Assembly (NCBI GenBank): GCA_902761575.1
Contig: CACWKU010000008.1
Location: forward strand, 1-48,576
Origin: an uncultured bacterium
GTDB taxonomy: Bacteria; Verrucomicrobiota; Kiritimatiellia; RFP12; UBA3636
Length of the DNA: 48,576 nucleotides
Direction of reading: 5' to 3'
The notes beneath the pieces are model-generated. The model had not been told where the DNA came from. It made no database searches and worked only from the letters and a program-made list of their open reading frames with translations. Numbering within the stretch: position 1 is the first letter of the stretch; every line of letters starts with the position of its first letter. A program made the translations under genes and the position numbers. Positions 13,193 to 22,431 of the stretch are shown in pieces.

Positions 13193-15122
13193 CTAGGCCG
13201 CGTCGTCGTCCGACGCGTCGTCGTCGTCATCATCGAGGTCGACGTCCTCGTCCTCGTCGAAGAGGGCGTCGCCGTCCTCGGACTGCTCGGCCTCGGCGAT
13301 CATCTTCGCGAGCGCCTCGATGTCCGCGCGGGGGATGGCGACGGCCGCGGAGAGCGTCCGGCCCTCGGTCGCGGAGAGGAAGCGGATGCGGAAGTCGGCC
13401 TCGCCCTCGGCGAACGCCTTGAGCTTGCCCTTCGTGTCCTCGTCCATCGGATCGTCGCTCGCGGCGTCGAGCCGGAGGATGGCCGGCAGATACGCTGCGA
13501 GGATCGAGCGCGCCGAGAAGGCGCCCGCGCCGAACGGACGCGCGCCGCCGGAGAGGAACGCGCCCTGCAGCGCGAGCGAGTCGGCGAGGCCGGGCACGCC
13601 CTTCGCCTCGGGGAGGACGAGCCGTCCGCCGCGATCGCGTCGCGGATCTCAAGCTTCTCGCCGACGAGCTCGGCGACCGCCTTCGCGGCCTCGCGGGCCT
13701 CCGCCTCGTCGAATTCCTCGCCGGCGTCGCCGGCGTCGTCTTCGTCGTCCTCGGGCTCGTTGGAGACTTCGTCCTCCTCTTCCTCGTCCGCCTTTTCCCC
13801 GTCCTCCCCGTCTTCCTCGGTTCCGTCCTCCTCGTCGTCGACCCAGAGGTCGGACCCGTCGTCCTCCTCATCGAGCCGCTCGAGCTCGTGGGCGAGGCGG
13901 GCGACACCGACGAAGGCGTCGGCGATCGCGACGTCGACGCGGACGTCGCCGTTCTCCTCGCGCACGACGGCGACGCCGTTGGAGGCGAGGCACGGGAAGG
14001 ACTCGAGGAACGCGGCCTGCGCGTCATGGCGAACACGGGGCGGCCCTCGGCGTCGGCGGTCGCGTAGGCGGCGACGGCGCCGAAGGCGGGGAGCGCGGCG
14101 AGGTTCGCGTCGAGCATGCGGACGGCGGAGGCGCGCTGGGCCGTGGCGGCCGCGTCGCCCGACGGGGCCGGGCCGTCGACGAGCCCGCGGATCGCGCCGA
14201 GCATCGCCTTCAGGTCGGCCTCGGGCGACTCGCACGCGGCCTGGACGGTCCAGAACGGCGCGCCGGCGGGGACGCCGGGCAGCGCGGCGGGGTCGAGCGC
14301 GGGGGCGGCGGCGATGCGCGCGGCGAGGTCCGAGCCCTCCTTCGCGACGCGGGAGACGGCGAAGGCGAGGCCGTTCGTCGGGTCGAACCAGACGTCGACG
14401 TCGTAGCGCTCCGTCTCGCGGTCGGTCTTCTCCGCGGCGTCGAGGACGAGCCTGACCTTGTCGCCGAAGCCGGGGAGGCCGAGCGTCTCGGCGATCGCGT
14501 CGCACGCGGCGGCCACCGCCTCCTCCTTCGCGTCGCCGAGCTCCATCCGCCTCTGGAACTCGGCGGGCTCGTCGATCGAGAACTCGAGAAGCGCGTCGGG
14601 GCGCGCGGGCTTCGCCGCGAGGAGCCTCTCCGCGAGCGCGCGGCCGTCCGCCGTCGCGGCGACGAGCGCGTAGCCGTCGCGGTAGGCGTAGAAGAGGTCG
14701 CCGTCCTCGTTCGCGAGCCATTCGCCGGGCGCGGGGGCGTTCGTCGAATCGAGCATCTTCTCGAGCAGGTCCGCGGGGAAGGGGGCCGCCGGGACGGCGA
14801 AGACCATCGCGGGCGGGGCCTCCAGGAGACCGACCATGCCCAGTTCGCCGGAACCGTCCTCGGGCGCCGGATTCGGCAGGACCGCGAGGAGGATCGGATC
14901 GTCCTCGCGCAGCTCGACGCCCGTCTGGGCGATCTGCGAGCGGAGCATGCTCTCGGCCATCACGGCGGCGAAGGGCTGCCCGGCGAGGGCGGAGGCGTCG
15001 CGCGCGACGGCGAGCGCGGCGTTGACGCTCCGGAGGCGCACGACGGCGACGGGGTCGGCGGCGGGAGCGGCGATCGCGCCGGCGATCACGGCGCAGAGCA
15101 GGGCGGAACGGACGGATTTCAT
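13193..15122 (-). pseudogene. secreted protein with hyper-acidic C-terminal half, interrupted by two -1 frame changes
   Basis: An AAGGAG Shine-Dalgarno sequence lies 7 nt before the ATG at 15122, followed by the signal peptide MKSVRSALLCAVIAGAIAAPAADP. Sensible protein continues through three frames, with switches near 14015-14035 and 13615-13635. The acidic runs are DEEDDGSDLWVDDEEDGTEEDGEDGEKADEEEEDE and DEDEDVDLDDDDDDASDDD. Confidence 0.6.
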
Positions 15123-15250
15123 GGCGGTCTCCTTTCGGGGTGTTGCAACGGCGCAGAGCATAGCCGAAAACGCATCCCGCGCGCAAGCGCTTTCGCGGGA
15201 CGGCGCAGTATGCTTGGACGCGGAGGCCCGGGGAGGGCTTCGGACCGGGT

Positions 15251-17077
15251 TCAGCGGCCGAGGCGGTCCTGGAAGGGGATCGGGACGCCGTGGGCGGCGC
15301 CGAGGCGGGTGAGCTCGGCGAGCGTGGCGGGGTCCTGCTCTCCGGCATAGGAGGCGATCAGGTCGTAGATGCGCGTACGGGCCCAGGAGGAGGCGATCGT
15401 CTCGTCGCCAGTGCCGGGGCGGGGTTCTCCGAGGTGCAGCGTGAAGACCATGTCGTACTTCTTGCCGCCGTTGCGGCCGCGGGCCTGGAACGTGACCTCC
15501 TTCGTCCCCGCCGGGACGCGGCCGTAGAGGCGCAGAGGTCGGTCAAGGTAGAGGTTCTCGGTCATGCGCGGCGTGACGATCGCGCCCGAGGCGGTGTCGA
15601 AGAGGAACCGGATGTCCGTGAGGACGGGGGAGCCGACGCCGTCGACCGCGCGGCCGACCGTGTCGGGGATCTCGAAGCGGTCGTGCGCGATCGCGGCGGG
15701 ACCGCCGCGGTTGCAGAAGGAGAGCATCGAGAGCAGGTACTCGTCGGAGCGCTTGGAGACGCCGAGGCCGAAGACCGAGACGCCGCCCGCGTTGAGCGCG
15801 GAGAACTCGCCGATGATGCGCGAGTCGCGGCGGATGTCGCCCGCGGTGGCGACGCCGTCGGTGAGGAGGAAGACGAGGGTCGAGCGTCCGGGCTCGCGCG
15901 GGAGGTCGAGGACGCCCCGCATGGCGTTGTAGATGTCGGTGTTGCCCTCGGGGCGGAGTCCGTCGAGGAAGGCGGTCGCGGCGGAGACGTTCTCCGGCGA
16001 CGGCGCGCGCCAGCTTCCGGGGAAGGCGAAGGTATTGGCGGTATTGAACGCGAGGACGTTGAAGCGGTCGGTCGGGAGCAGCCCGGAGCCGAGGACGCGC
16101 CGGAACGCCTCGCGGCACTGGTACAGGCGATCGGGGGAGATCGAGCGGGAGGCGTCCTGCACGAGCAGGATGTTGCGCGGAACGGGCGGGAGCACGTCCG
16201 CGCCCTTGCGCTTCACGTCGACGCGGAAATAGACGAAGCCGTCGTCCTTCTTCGGGCGGTGGACGGCGATCGCGGCGTCCAGGACGTTCTCGATCGGCTT
16301 GGCGGGGGCGACTTCCTCCGGAACCTCGGCGAGGAAGGCGGAGACGGAGGATTCGCCGTCGGGCGCGGGCGGGGCCTCGACGGGCGGCGGCGGCTCGGCG
16401 GGGACGGAGAGCAGCTCCTTCGGGGCGGAGAGGTCGGCGCGCGCGGGCGTCGGCGCGGCCCAGGCGAAGGCGGGGACGGACGAGGCGGACTCGACCGCCG
16501 CGGCGGGCCGGAACTCGGGGACGACGTCGGAGAGGGCCCGGTCGCGTTCGACGGCGGCGACCTCGCGGCGCGGAATGGCGGCGAGGTCGTCGTTCGCAAA
16601 GCGCTCGACGATCTCGACGAGCTGCTCGCGCGGCTGCCACGGGACGGGCGGCTCGGTCTCGGACGCGAGCGCGGGCGGGGGCGGGAGGCCCCCCACGGAG
16701 GCGTCGGTCCCGGCGGGGAGAGGCGGCGGCTCGAAGATGCCGGCGGGAGCCTCCGTGTCCATCGACGCGAGCAGCTCCGCGGGCGCGGAGGCGGCGGCGC
16801 GGTCCGCCGGTTCCGCGCTCTCCGCCGGGGCGGGCGGGGGCGGGGGGACGAGCCGGGTCCGCAGGGCGCTCTCCTCGCGCAGACGCAGGCGTTGCGCCGG
16901 GGTGGCGCCGGAGAGGGAGCCGAAGAGCGAGACGCGCGCGTCGCGCACGGCCCAGCCGAATCCCGCGTGGAGCGCGAGCGAGACGGCGATCGCGACCGCG
17001 AAGAGCGCGACGGGAGCGCCGTCGGAACCAGGGTCGCGGCGGTCGTCGAAGGAGGGGGCGGAGGGCGTCGTCGTCAT
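15251..17077 (-). CDS. membrane-anchored von Willebrand factor A domain protein
   Basis: ORF 15251..17668 was trimmed to MTTTPSAPSF. It has a TM helix (PVALFAVAIAVSLALHAGF) and a Pro-rich linker. The vWA domain has the MIDAS pattern LVQDASRSIS ... GNTDIYNAM ... LLTDGVAT. Confidence 0.8.
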   Translation of the reverse strand: MTTTPSAPSFDDRRDPGSDGAPVALFAVAIAVSLALHAGFGWAVRDARVSLFGSLSGATPAQRLRLREESALRTRLVPPPPPAPAESAEPADRAAASAPAELLASMDTEAPAGIFEPPPLPAGTDASVGGLPPPPALASETEPPVPWQPREQLVEIVERFANDDLAAIPRREVAAVERDRALSDVVPEFRPAAAVESASSVPAFAWAAPTPARADLSAPKELLSVPAEPPPPVEAPPAPDGESSVSAFLAEVPEEVAPAKPIENVLDAAIAVHRPKKDDGFVYFRVDVKRKGADVLPPVPRNILLVQDASRSISPDRLYQCREAFRRVLGSGLLPTDRFNVLAFNTANTFAFPGSWRAPSPENVSAATAFLDGLRPEGNTDIYNAMRGVLDLPREPGRSTLVFLLTDGVATAGDIRRDSRIIGEFSALNAGGVSVFGLGVSKRSDEYLLSMLSFCNRGGPAAIAHDRFEIPDTVGRAVDGVGSPVLTDIRFLFDTASGAIVTPRMTENLYLDRPLRLYGRVPAGTKEVTFQARGRNGGKKYDMVFTLHLGEPRPGTGDETIASSWARTRIYDLIASYAGEQDPATLAELTRLGAAHGVPIPFQDRLGR

Positions 17078-17112
17078 TGCTGAATGCCGAAAGCGGAATG
17101 AGGAGCGGGCTC

Positions 17113-17505
17113 CTAGGCGGAGGCGGCGGGCGGTTCGTACGGCCTGGCGAAGGTCTCCTCGAAGTCGTAGACGGCGTCGAAGTCGGACTGCCGGTCGCCG
17201 GGGTTCTTGCCGAAGACTCCTTCGCCGATAAGGGCGTAGACCATCCGGCCGAAGTCGGCGGTCTCGTAGATGCCCCACTGCGTGAGGACGAGGAGCGCGA
17301 GCGGGCCGAACTCCGCCAGCGCGTAGTCGCGGAGTGCCTCGCAGAGCTCGCGGCCGGAGACGTGGCGGCGCTCGGGGTCCTCCGCGGAGGCCTTCCGCAC
17401 GGCGCGATCGAGCCCTTCGCGGAGGAAATAGAAGGCCTCCGCGTCGTAGTCGGCGCTTTTCTCGCAGATGCGGCAGACCGCGTCCTCGAAGGACTGTTCG
17501 TTCAT
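17113..17505 (-). CDS. small conserved cytoplasmic protein (resembles the Minf_1886/TIGR04138-type family; function unknown)
   Basis: 130 aa, MNEQSFEDAVCRICEKS...HVSGRELCEALRDYALAEFG...VLTQWGIYETADFGRMVYALI. The family assignment is from memory only. Confidence 0.5.
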   Translation of the reverse strand: MNEQSFEDAVCRICEKSADYDAEAFYFLREGLDRAVRKASAEDPERRHVSGRELCEALRDYALAEFGPLALLVLTQWGIYETADFGRMVYALIGEGVFGKNPGDRQSDFDAVYDFEETFARPYEPPAASA

Positions 17506-17514
17506 CGGCGCCGG

Positions 17515-17523
17515 ATTCTACCA
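17515..17523 (-). promoter_or_regulatory. extended -10 box TGGTAGAAT, 9 nt upstream of the ATG at 17505
   Basis: The minus strand reads TGGTAGAAT-CCGGCGCCG-ATG. The same AATCCGGCGCCG follows the box at 47238..47246. Confidence 0.45.
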
Positions 17524-17569
17524 CGCCCGACCCCGCCCGCGCAAGCGGGTGGCGCGCGCGGGCGGCATC

Positions 17570-17578
17570 TGGTAGAAT
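17570..17578 (+). promoter_or_regulatory. extended -10 box TGGTAGAAT, 7 nt upstream of the cobB ATG at 17586
   Basis: TGGTAGAAT-GGGGCGC-ATG. It is divergent from the mirror-image box at 17515..17523. Confidence 0.45.
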
Positions 17579-17585
17579 GGGGCGC

Positions 17586-18335
17586 ATGAAGGCACTCATG
17601 GAGGCCATCGCCGGGGCCAGGCGTCCGGCGTTCTTCACCGGCGCGGGCGTCTCGACGCTCTGCGGCATTCCCGACTTTCGCGGGCCGGACGGCGTCTACC
17701 GCGACCCCGACGCGGCGCGGATGTTCGAGATCGACCTGTTCGACGACGACCCCTCGTTCTTCTACCGCCACGCCGACGCGCTCGTCTACGGCGGCGGCTC
17801 CATCGAGCCGGGCCCCGTGCACCGCGCGCTCGTCGCGCTGCAGCGGGCCGGGATGTGCGCGGGCGTCGTCACCCAGAACATCGACGGCCTGCACGAGCGC
17901 GCGGGGTCGAGCCCCGTCTTCGCCGTGCACGGCAGCCCGGCGATCCACCACTGCCGCTCGTGCGGCGACGCGAAGACGTTCGACGAGATCGTCGCGATGC
18001 GCGGCGGCGTGCCGGGCGCGGTCCCGCGCTGCAAGATCTGCGGCGGCGTCTACAAGCCGGACATCACGTTCTTCGGCGAGGCGCTCCCCGAGGACGCGTT
18101 CCGCGGCGCCGCGGCGCTCTGCGCGGAGGCGGACCTCGTCGTCGTGCTCGGCTCGTCGCTCGTCGTGCAGCCCGCGGCCTCGCTCCCGCTCGCGACGCTG
18201 CGCGCGGGCGGGCGTCTCGCGATCGTGAACCGCGGCGAGACGCCCCTCGACCGCTTCGCGTTCTTCCGCGGCGACGACCTCGCCGCCTTTGCCGAGGCGG
18301 CGGAGGCGCTCGCCGCGTCGCGGTCCGCGCGCTAG
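17586..18335 (+). CDS. cobB: NAD-dependent protein deacylase, Sir2 family
   Basis: Motifs FFTGAGVSTLCGIPDFRG, VTQNIDGLHERAG and the zinc ribbon CRSCG...CKICGG, then GSSLVV. An alternative ATG at 17577 overlaps the -10 box. Confidence 0.9.
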   Translation: MKALMEAIAGARRPAFFTGAGVSTLCGIPDFRGPDGVYRDPDAARMFEIDLFDDDPSFFYRHADALVYGGGSIEPGPVHRALVALQRAGMCAGVVTQNIDGLHERAGSSPVFAVHGSPAIHHCRSCGDAKTFDEIVAMRGGVPGAVPRCKICGGVYKPDITFFGEALPEDAFRGAAALCAEADLVVVLGSSLVVQPAASLPLATLRAGGRLAIVNRGETPLDRFAFFRGDDLAAFAEAAEALAASRSAR

Positions 18336-18431
18336 CGCGCCCCGGATGCTCCCCGCGGGCTCGCGGCCGAAACGGGCATTCCGGCGTTTTTCTGTATCTT
18401 TCCGGCTGGGTTTCGTGTATACTGGGTAGCC

Positions 18432-19367
18432 ATGAAATCCCGAATTCCGCCGTTTTGCGGCCGCGGGGCGCTCGCCGCCGCCGCCCTTCTGTTTGCTTTC
18501 GCGCCCGCGCCGCGCGCAGGCGCGCAACAGGCCGCCGTGAACCCGTTCACCTACCTCGGGCGCGTGATGGACGCGTCCCACGCGGCGTTCGACACGAACC
18601 GCGTCGCCACGCTCTACGCCTTCGACGCCGGCGGCGCCCTCCTCGCGCGGAGCGAGACGTTCTACCGCCCGGACTCGCGCCGCAACTACCGCCTCCGCGT
18701 CCCGCTCGCCGACGCCGCCGTCAAGGGCTACTCGAAGACCGGCGCCGCGCTCTCGATCGCCGTCGAGGACGACGAGGGCAAGGTGTGGTCGGGCGTCGTC
18801 GTCGACGCCGGCGCCACGAACGGCCTCTCCACCGTCGGCGAGCCCGGCGGCGTCTACGAGGTGGACATCGTCCTCGGCGAGGACAAGGACGGCGACGGCG
18901 TCGACGACGAGCTCCGCCGCCGCCTCGAACTGGAGTGGGAGAACTCGGACCTCTGGACGAACGGCGTCCCGTTCGACCCGTCGGCCGACCACGACGGCGA
19001 CGGCGTCTCCACGATCGACGAGGCGCTCGCCGGCACCGACCCGTTCAGCGCGGCGGACTCGCTCCGCATCACGGCCTTCGCGCTCGACGCGGAAAAGCTC
19101 CGCGGCGCGTCCGAGTCGCTGATGAGCCTTTCGTTCCCGACCGCGCCGGGCCGCGTCTACGTCGTGCAGACCGCCAACGCGCCGACCGGCTCGTGGGAGA
19201 AGGCGGAGTTCTTCCTCGCCCCCGGCGACGCCGCCCCCGTGAACCTGATCTCCCTCCCCTCGACGCCCGGCGGCGGCCCGACCACCGTCTACCTCCTCCC
19301 CGCGCCCGACCGCGACGCCGCCTTCTTCCGCGTGAAGAGCGACGACGGCGCGAAAGCGGAAGACTAG
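18432..19367 (+). CDS. secreted protein with thrombospondin-type-3-like calcium-binding repeats
   Basis: Signal peptide ...AAALLFAFAPAPRAGAQQ. Repeats DKDGDGVDDE and DHDGDGVSTIDEALAGTDP. The C-terminal beta domain ends FFRVKS. TATACT (18418-18423) lies 8 nt upstream of the ATG. Confidence 0.6.
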   Translation: MKSRIPPFCGRGALAAAALLFAFAPAPRAGAQQAAVNPFTYLGRVMDASHAAFDTNRVATLYAFDAGGALLARSETFYRPDSRRNYRLRVPLADAAVKGYSKTGAALSIAVEDDEGKVWSGVVVDAGATNGLSTVGEPGGVYEVDIVLGEDKDGDGVDDELRRRLELEWENSDLWTNGVPFDPSADHDGDGVSTIDEALAGTDPFSAADSLRITAFALDAEKLRGASESLMSLSFPTAPGRVYVVQTANAPTGSWEKAEFFLAPGDAAPVNLISLPSTPGGGPTTVYLLPAPDRDAAFFRVKSDDGAKAED

Positions 19368-19383
19368 CCCCGCACGCGCTCCC

Positions 19384-21150
19384 GTGAAACCCCGCCACGC
19401 CCTCTTTCTCCTCGCCTTCGCGCCGCTCCTCGCGACGCGGGCGGCGGAGCCCGCGGATGCGCCTTGGAAAAAGCACATGGTCGGCGACGGACTCGTGGTC
19501 TCCGTCCAGGCCGGCGGAGACGAGACCCATCCCGTCCTCTGGGTCCGCCACGATGGAGCGCCCTGTCTCGTCCGCGTCGAAAGCGACGGGCGGTTCCTCC
19601 CTCCGCTTCCCGCCGACGCGACGCCCGAAGAGACCGAACGGGGGTTCGCCTTCCGATTCTCCGACGGCTCGCCGATTGGAACCAATGGCTGCTACGCCTT
19701 CATCCATCCCCAGCCCGGCACGAACGAGAACAGTCTTCTCCATCCGTTCTTCCTGAAAGCCCGTGGCGGCTTCCTGCTGGAATGCACTCCGTTGGACCGC
19801 CGCCGGTGCGAAGGACCCGGCCAGGGAACCGTCGAATCCGACGATCCTTCGCCGCTTTGCGGCGATTGGGCGTTTGTCGGGTCGAATCTCGTCTGCCGCG
19901 TCTGGAACGAAGGCCGGCTCCCGGTCCTTGCTTCTTGCTCTCCGTTTTTCCGCGATCCTTGGGAGTCCTTCAACGTTTCCGTCGATTGCTCGGGGGAGTC
20001 GGGCTATCTCGGCTTCGGAACGCCGATTCCGATCATGTCCTGCGAGGACCGGAAACGGCTTCGCGTCCTGCCGCCGCGCGCCGGCAGGTCTCCCTCCGAA
20101 ACGCCGTGCATCGTCCGCGAGGTGTCTCTGGCGGAGGATGATCGCTACTATGTCGAGCACTTCCGGAGCTTTACGGCCGAGCAGGACGCCAACATCGACA
20201 TTTCCGTGTCGTGTTCGACCTACGACTGGACGCACCGCGAAGATTCCCCTTCGGCGCCCGAGCTGGTCTTCAAGCATGGTTCGGTTCGCCTTTCCCCCCG
20301 CTTGCCGGGCGATGCCGCGCCTCCGTCCCGGACCGTTCTCGACACGACCGTTTCCGGCGGCGTCGCCGTTCAGCGCGTTTCCGTCGGCGACCGGACGATC
20401 GCCCGGATCTGGAACACGGCCACCAACGGCGCGCTTCTCCTCCGGCTGAAGGAAGACGGACGCACGCTCCCCGCGCTTCCGCCGGACGTTTCCGCAGGGG
20501 AAGCCGCCGCCGGCATCGCGTTCCGCCGGGGCGCGACCGTTCCTTGTGCGGACGCCCGCTACGTCGAACTCGAAGCGGCGTCCTACGGTTCCGCGAAACC
20601 CGTCGAATTCGACTTGGAAGGGCCCGCGCTCGTGGAAACCGTTCCGATCGCCGCAGAACCCGAGGACTTCGATTCGTCGAAGGAACTCGACATTCCGGAC
20701 TTGGCGGGAGAATGGTTCCTGCGCGGAACGAACTTCGTTTGCCGCCTCTGGAACGACGGACGCGCCCCCTACCTGATCGGTTCGGGAATCCGCTTCGTCG
20801 ATTCCCATGTCGACGCCTCGACGCAACCCGCGGGCAACGAGGACATCGACGGAATGGAATGGCTGTTCACGTTCATGCCCGCCGCCTCCGGCCGTTCCGG
20901 CGCCGAACTCAAGCGCGTTCTCCTGCCGCGCGGGACGAACGCCGTCGCGGACGCGCAGGCCGTCGTCGGCGAATGGCCGCTCGACGGCGAAACCGCGGAA
21001 AGACTCCGCGCCGCGAGGGACGACCCGGACACCGTCCTGCGCGTCCATTGCGGCGTGTCGCCCGACGCGTGGATTCCGACCGGCGACGGTTCCGGGGCGA
21101 TCCGTCTGGACGGCTGCGTCCAGCACGTGTACCTCTCTCCATCCAAGTGA
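19384..21150 (+). CDS. secreted hypothetical protein with internal two-fold duplication
   Basis: GTG start. The signal peptide (M)KPRHALFLLAFAPLLATRAAEP is nearly identical in DNA to that of the next gene. Repeated motifs are CGDWAFVGSNLVCRVWNEGRLP and LAGEWFLRGTNFVCRLWNDGRAP. Confidence 0.55.
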   Translation: MKPRHALFLLAFAPLLATRAAEPADAPWKKHMVGDGLVVSVQAGGDETHPVLWVRHDGAPCLVRVESDGRFLPPLPADATPEETERGFAFRFSDGSPIGTNGCYAFIHPQPGTNENSLLHPFFLKARGGFLLECTPLDRRRCEGPGQGTVESDDPSPLCGDWAFVGSNLVCRVWNEGRLPVLASCSPFFRDPWESFNVSVDCSGESGYLGFGTPIPIMSCEDRKRLRVLPPRAGRSPSETPCIVREVSLAEDDRYYVEHFRSFTAEQDANIDISVSCSTYDWTHREDSPSAPELVFKHGSVRLSPRLPGDAAPPSRTVLDTTVSGGVAVQRVSVGDRTIARIWNTATNGALLLRLKEDGRTLPALPPDVSAGEAAAGIAFRRGATVPCADARYVELEAASYGSAKPVEFDLEGPALVETVPIAAEPEDFDSSKELDIPDLAGEWFLRGTNFVCRLWNDGRAPYLIGSGIRFVDSHVDASTQPAGNEDIDGMEWLFTFMPAASGRSGAELKRVLLPRGTNAVADAQAVVGEWPLDGETAERLRAARDDPDTVLRVHCGVSPDAWIPTGDGSGAIRLDGCVQHVYLSPSK

Positions 21151-21211
21151 CCTTCTCCCCCATCCCCCCTCTTCCGTCCGAAACCTTTCCACCGCGCATT
21201 TCCCTGCGAGC

Positions 21212-22417
21212 ATGAAACGTCCCTTCCGCCACGCCTTCCTCCTTCTCGCCTTCGCGCCGCTCCTCGCGGCGCGGGCGGAGGAGCCCGTCGCGGATGTCAC
21301 GGCGTCGAACGCCTGCGACCGGCTCTGCCTCGACCTTCTCGCGGACGCGGCCGCCGCGCGCCGGAACGTCGTGTTCTCGCCGTTCAGCCTGTCCGGCGCG
21401 CTCGGCATGGTCGCGCTCGGGGCGAGGGGAGAGACGCTCGCGCAGATCGACCGCATCGCCGGGACGGGCCTCGACCCGGACGCGCTCGCGGAGCGGGAGG
21501 CCGGCGTGCGGGACGCGATCCTCGAGGCCGCCCGCGCGGACGGCGTCGAACTGCAGCTCGCCGATTCCCTCTGGAAGCAAAAGGGCGACGCCCCGCTGCC
21601 GGGCTTCGAGCAGGCGCTCCGCCGCGGATTCGGCGCCGAGGTCCTGGACTTCGGGCCCTTCCCGGCGTCCGACGTGAATCGCTGGGTCTCGAAGAAGACG
21701 AAGGGGCTCCTGCCGTCCGTGTTCGACGACCTCCCGGCCGGCACGCGCCTGGCGCTCGTGGACGCCGTCTACTTCAAGGCGCGCTGGGCCGTGCCGTTCG
21801 AGCGCAAGCGGACGTCCGACCGGACGTTCTATCCGGAGGGCGGTGCGCCGAAGACCGTTCCGTTCATGAACCTGCTCGCCTGGTTCGCCTACGATTCCTC
21901 GGACCGCTGGGAGTCGCTGGAAATCCCCTACCGGGGGGAGCGGTTCCGGATGCAGATCGTCCTGCCGCGTCCGGGCGTGACCGTCGCCAACCTCGTGGAT
22001 GACTGGATTTCCGGCGCCGACGCTCCGCCCGCCGCAGGCGCGCCCGACGGGAACGGGACGCGCCGCTGGACCGCCTATCTCGAACTTTCCCTCCCGAAGT
22101 TTTCGTTCGGCTCCGCGCCGGACGTCGCCGGCGCGCTGCACCGGCTCGGCGCGGCCGATGCGTTCGACCCGGCCCGGGCCGACTTGTCCGGGATGTTCCC
22201 GCCGTCGGGCGAGCCCCTCTTCCTGATGCGGTTCACGCACTGCGCCGTCGTCGATGTGGACGAGCGCGGCACCACCGCCGCGGCCGCGACCGGCATGTCG
22301 TTCGGCTGCAGCGTGCCGGCGCCTCCGGAGTTCCTGATCGTCGACCGTCCCTTCGTCTTCTTCATCCGCGAACCCGGCGGACGCATCCTCTTCGCCGGCG
22401 CGGTCTTCGAACCCTGA
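21212..22417 (+). CDS. serpin (inhibitory-type hinge), secreted
   Basis: ORF 20807..22417 was trimmed to MKRPFRHAFLLLAFAPLLAARA. Serpin motifs are FSPFSLSGALGM and NAVYFKARW-type VDAVYFKARW. The hinge is DERGTTAAAATGM and the end is DRPFVFFIRE. Confidence 0.9.
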   Translation: MKRPFRHAFLLLAFAPLLAARAEEPVADVTASNACDRLCLDLLADAAAARRNVVFSPFSLSGALGMVALGARGETLAQIDRIAGTGLDPDALAEREAGVRDAILEAARADGVELQLADSLWKQKGDAPLPGFEQALRRGFGAEVLDFGPFPASDVNRWVSKKTKGLLPSVFDDLPAGTRLALVDAVYFKARWAVPFERKRTSDRTFYPEGGAPKTVPFMNLLAWFAYDSSDRWESLEIPYRGERFRMQIVLPRPGVTVANLVDDWISGADAPPAAGAPDGNGTRRWTAYLELSLPKFSFGSAPDVAGALHRLGAADAFDPARADLSGMFPPSGEPLFLMRFTHCAVVDVDERGTTAAAATGMSFGCSVPAPPEFLIVDRPFVFFIREPGGRILFAGAVFEP

Positions 22418-22431
22418 ACCACGACCCTTCC

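Noticed and set aside
13139-15350. Plus-strand ORFs 13139..14455 and 13320..15350, and minus-strand 13300..15348 read as a single gene.
   Set aside because: The plus-strand ORFs are antisense shadow frames. The minus-strand 13300..15348 frame is meaningful only in its middle third, where it is one of the three frames of the frameshifted gene.
15251-17668. The full-length 805-aa version of the vWA ORF.
   Set aside because: The N-terminal 197 aa overlaps the 17113..17505 gene in another frame and is Arg/Pro-rich low complexity. The ATG at 17077 is followed by a TM anchor and gives a coherent protein.
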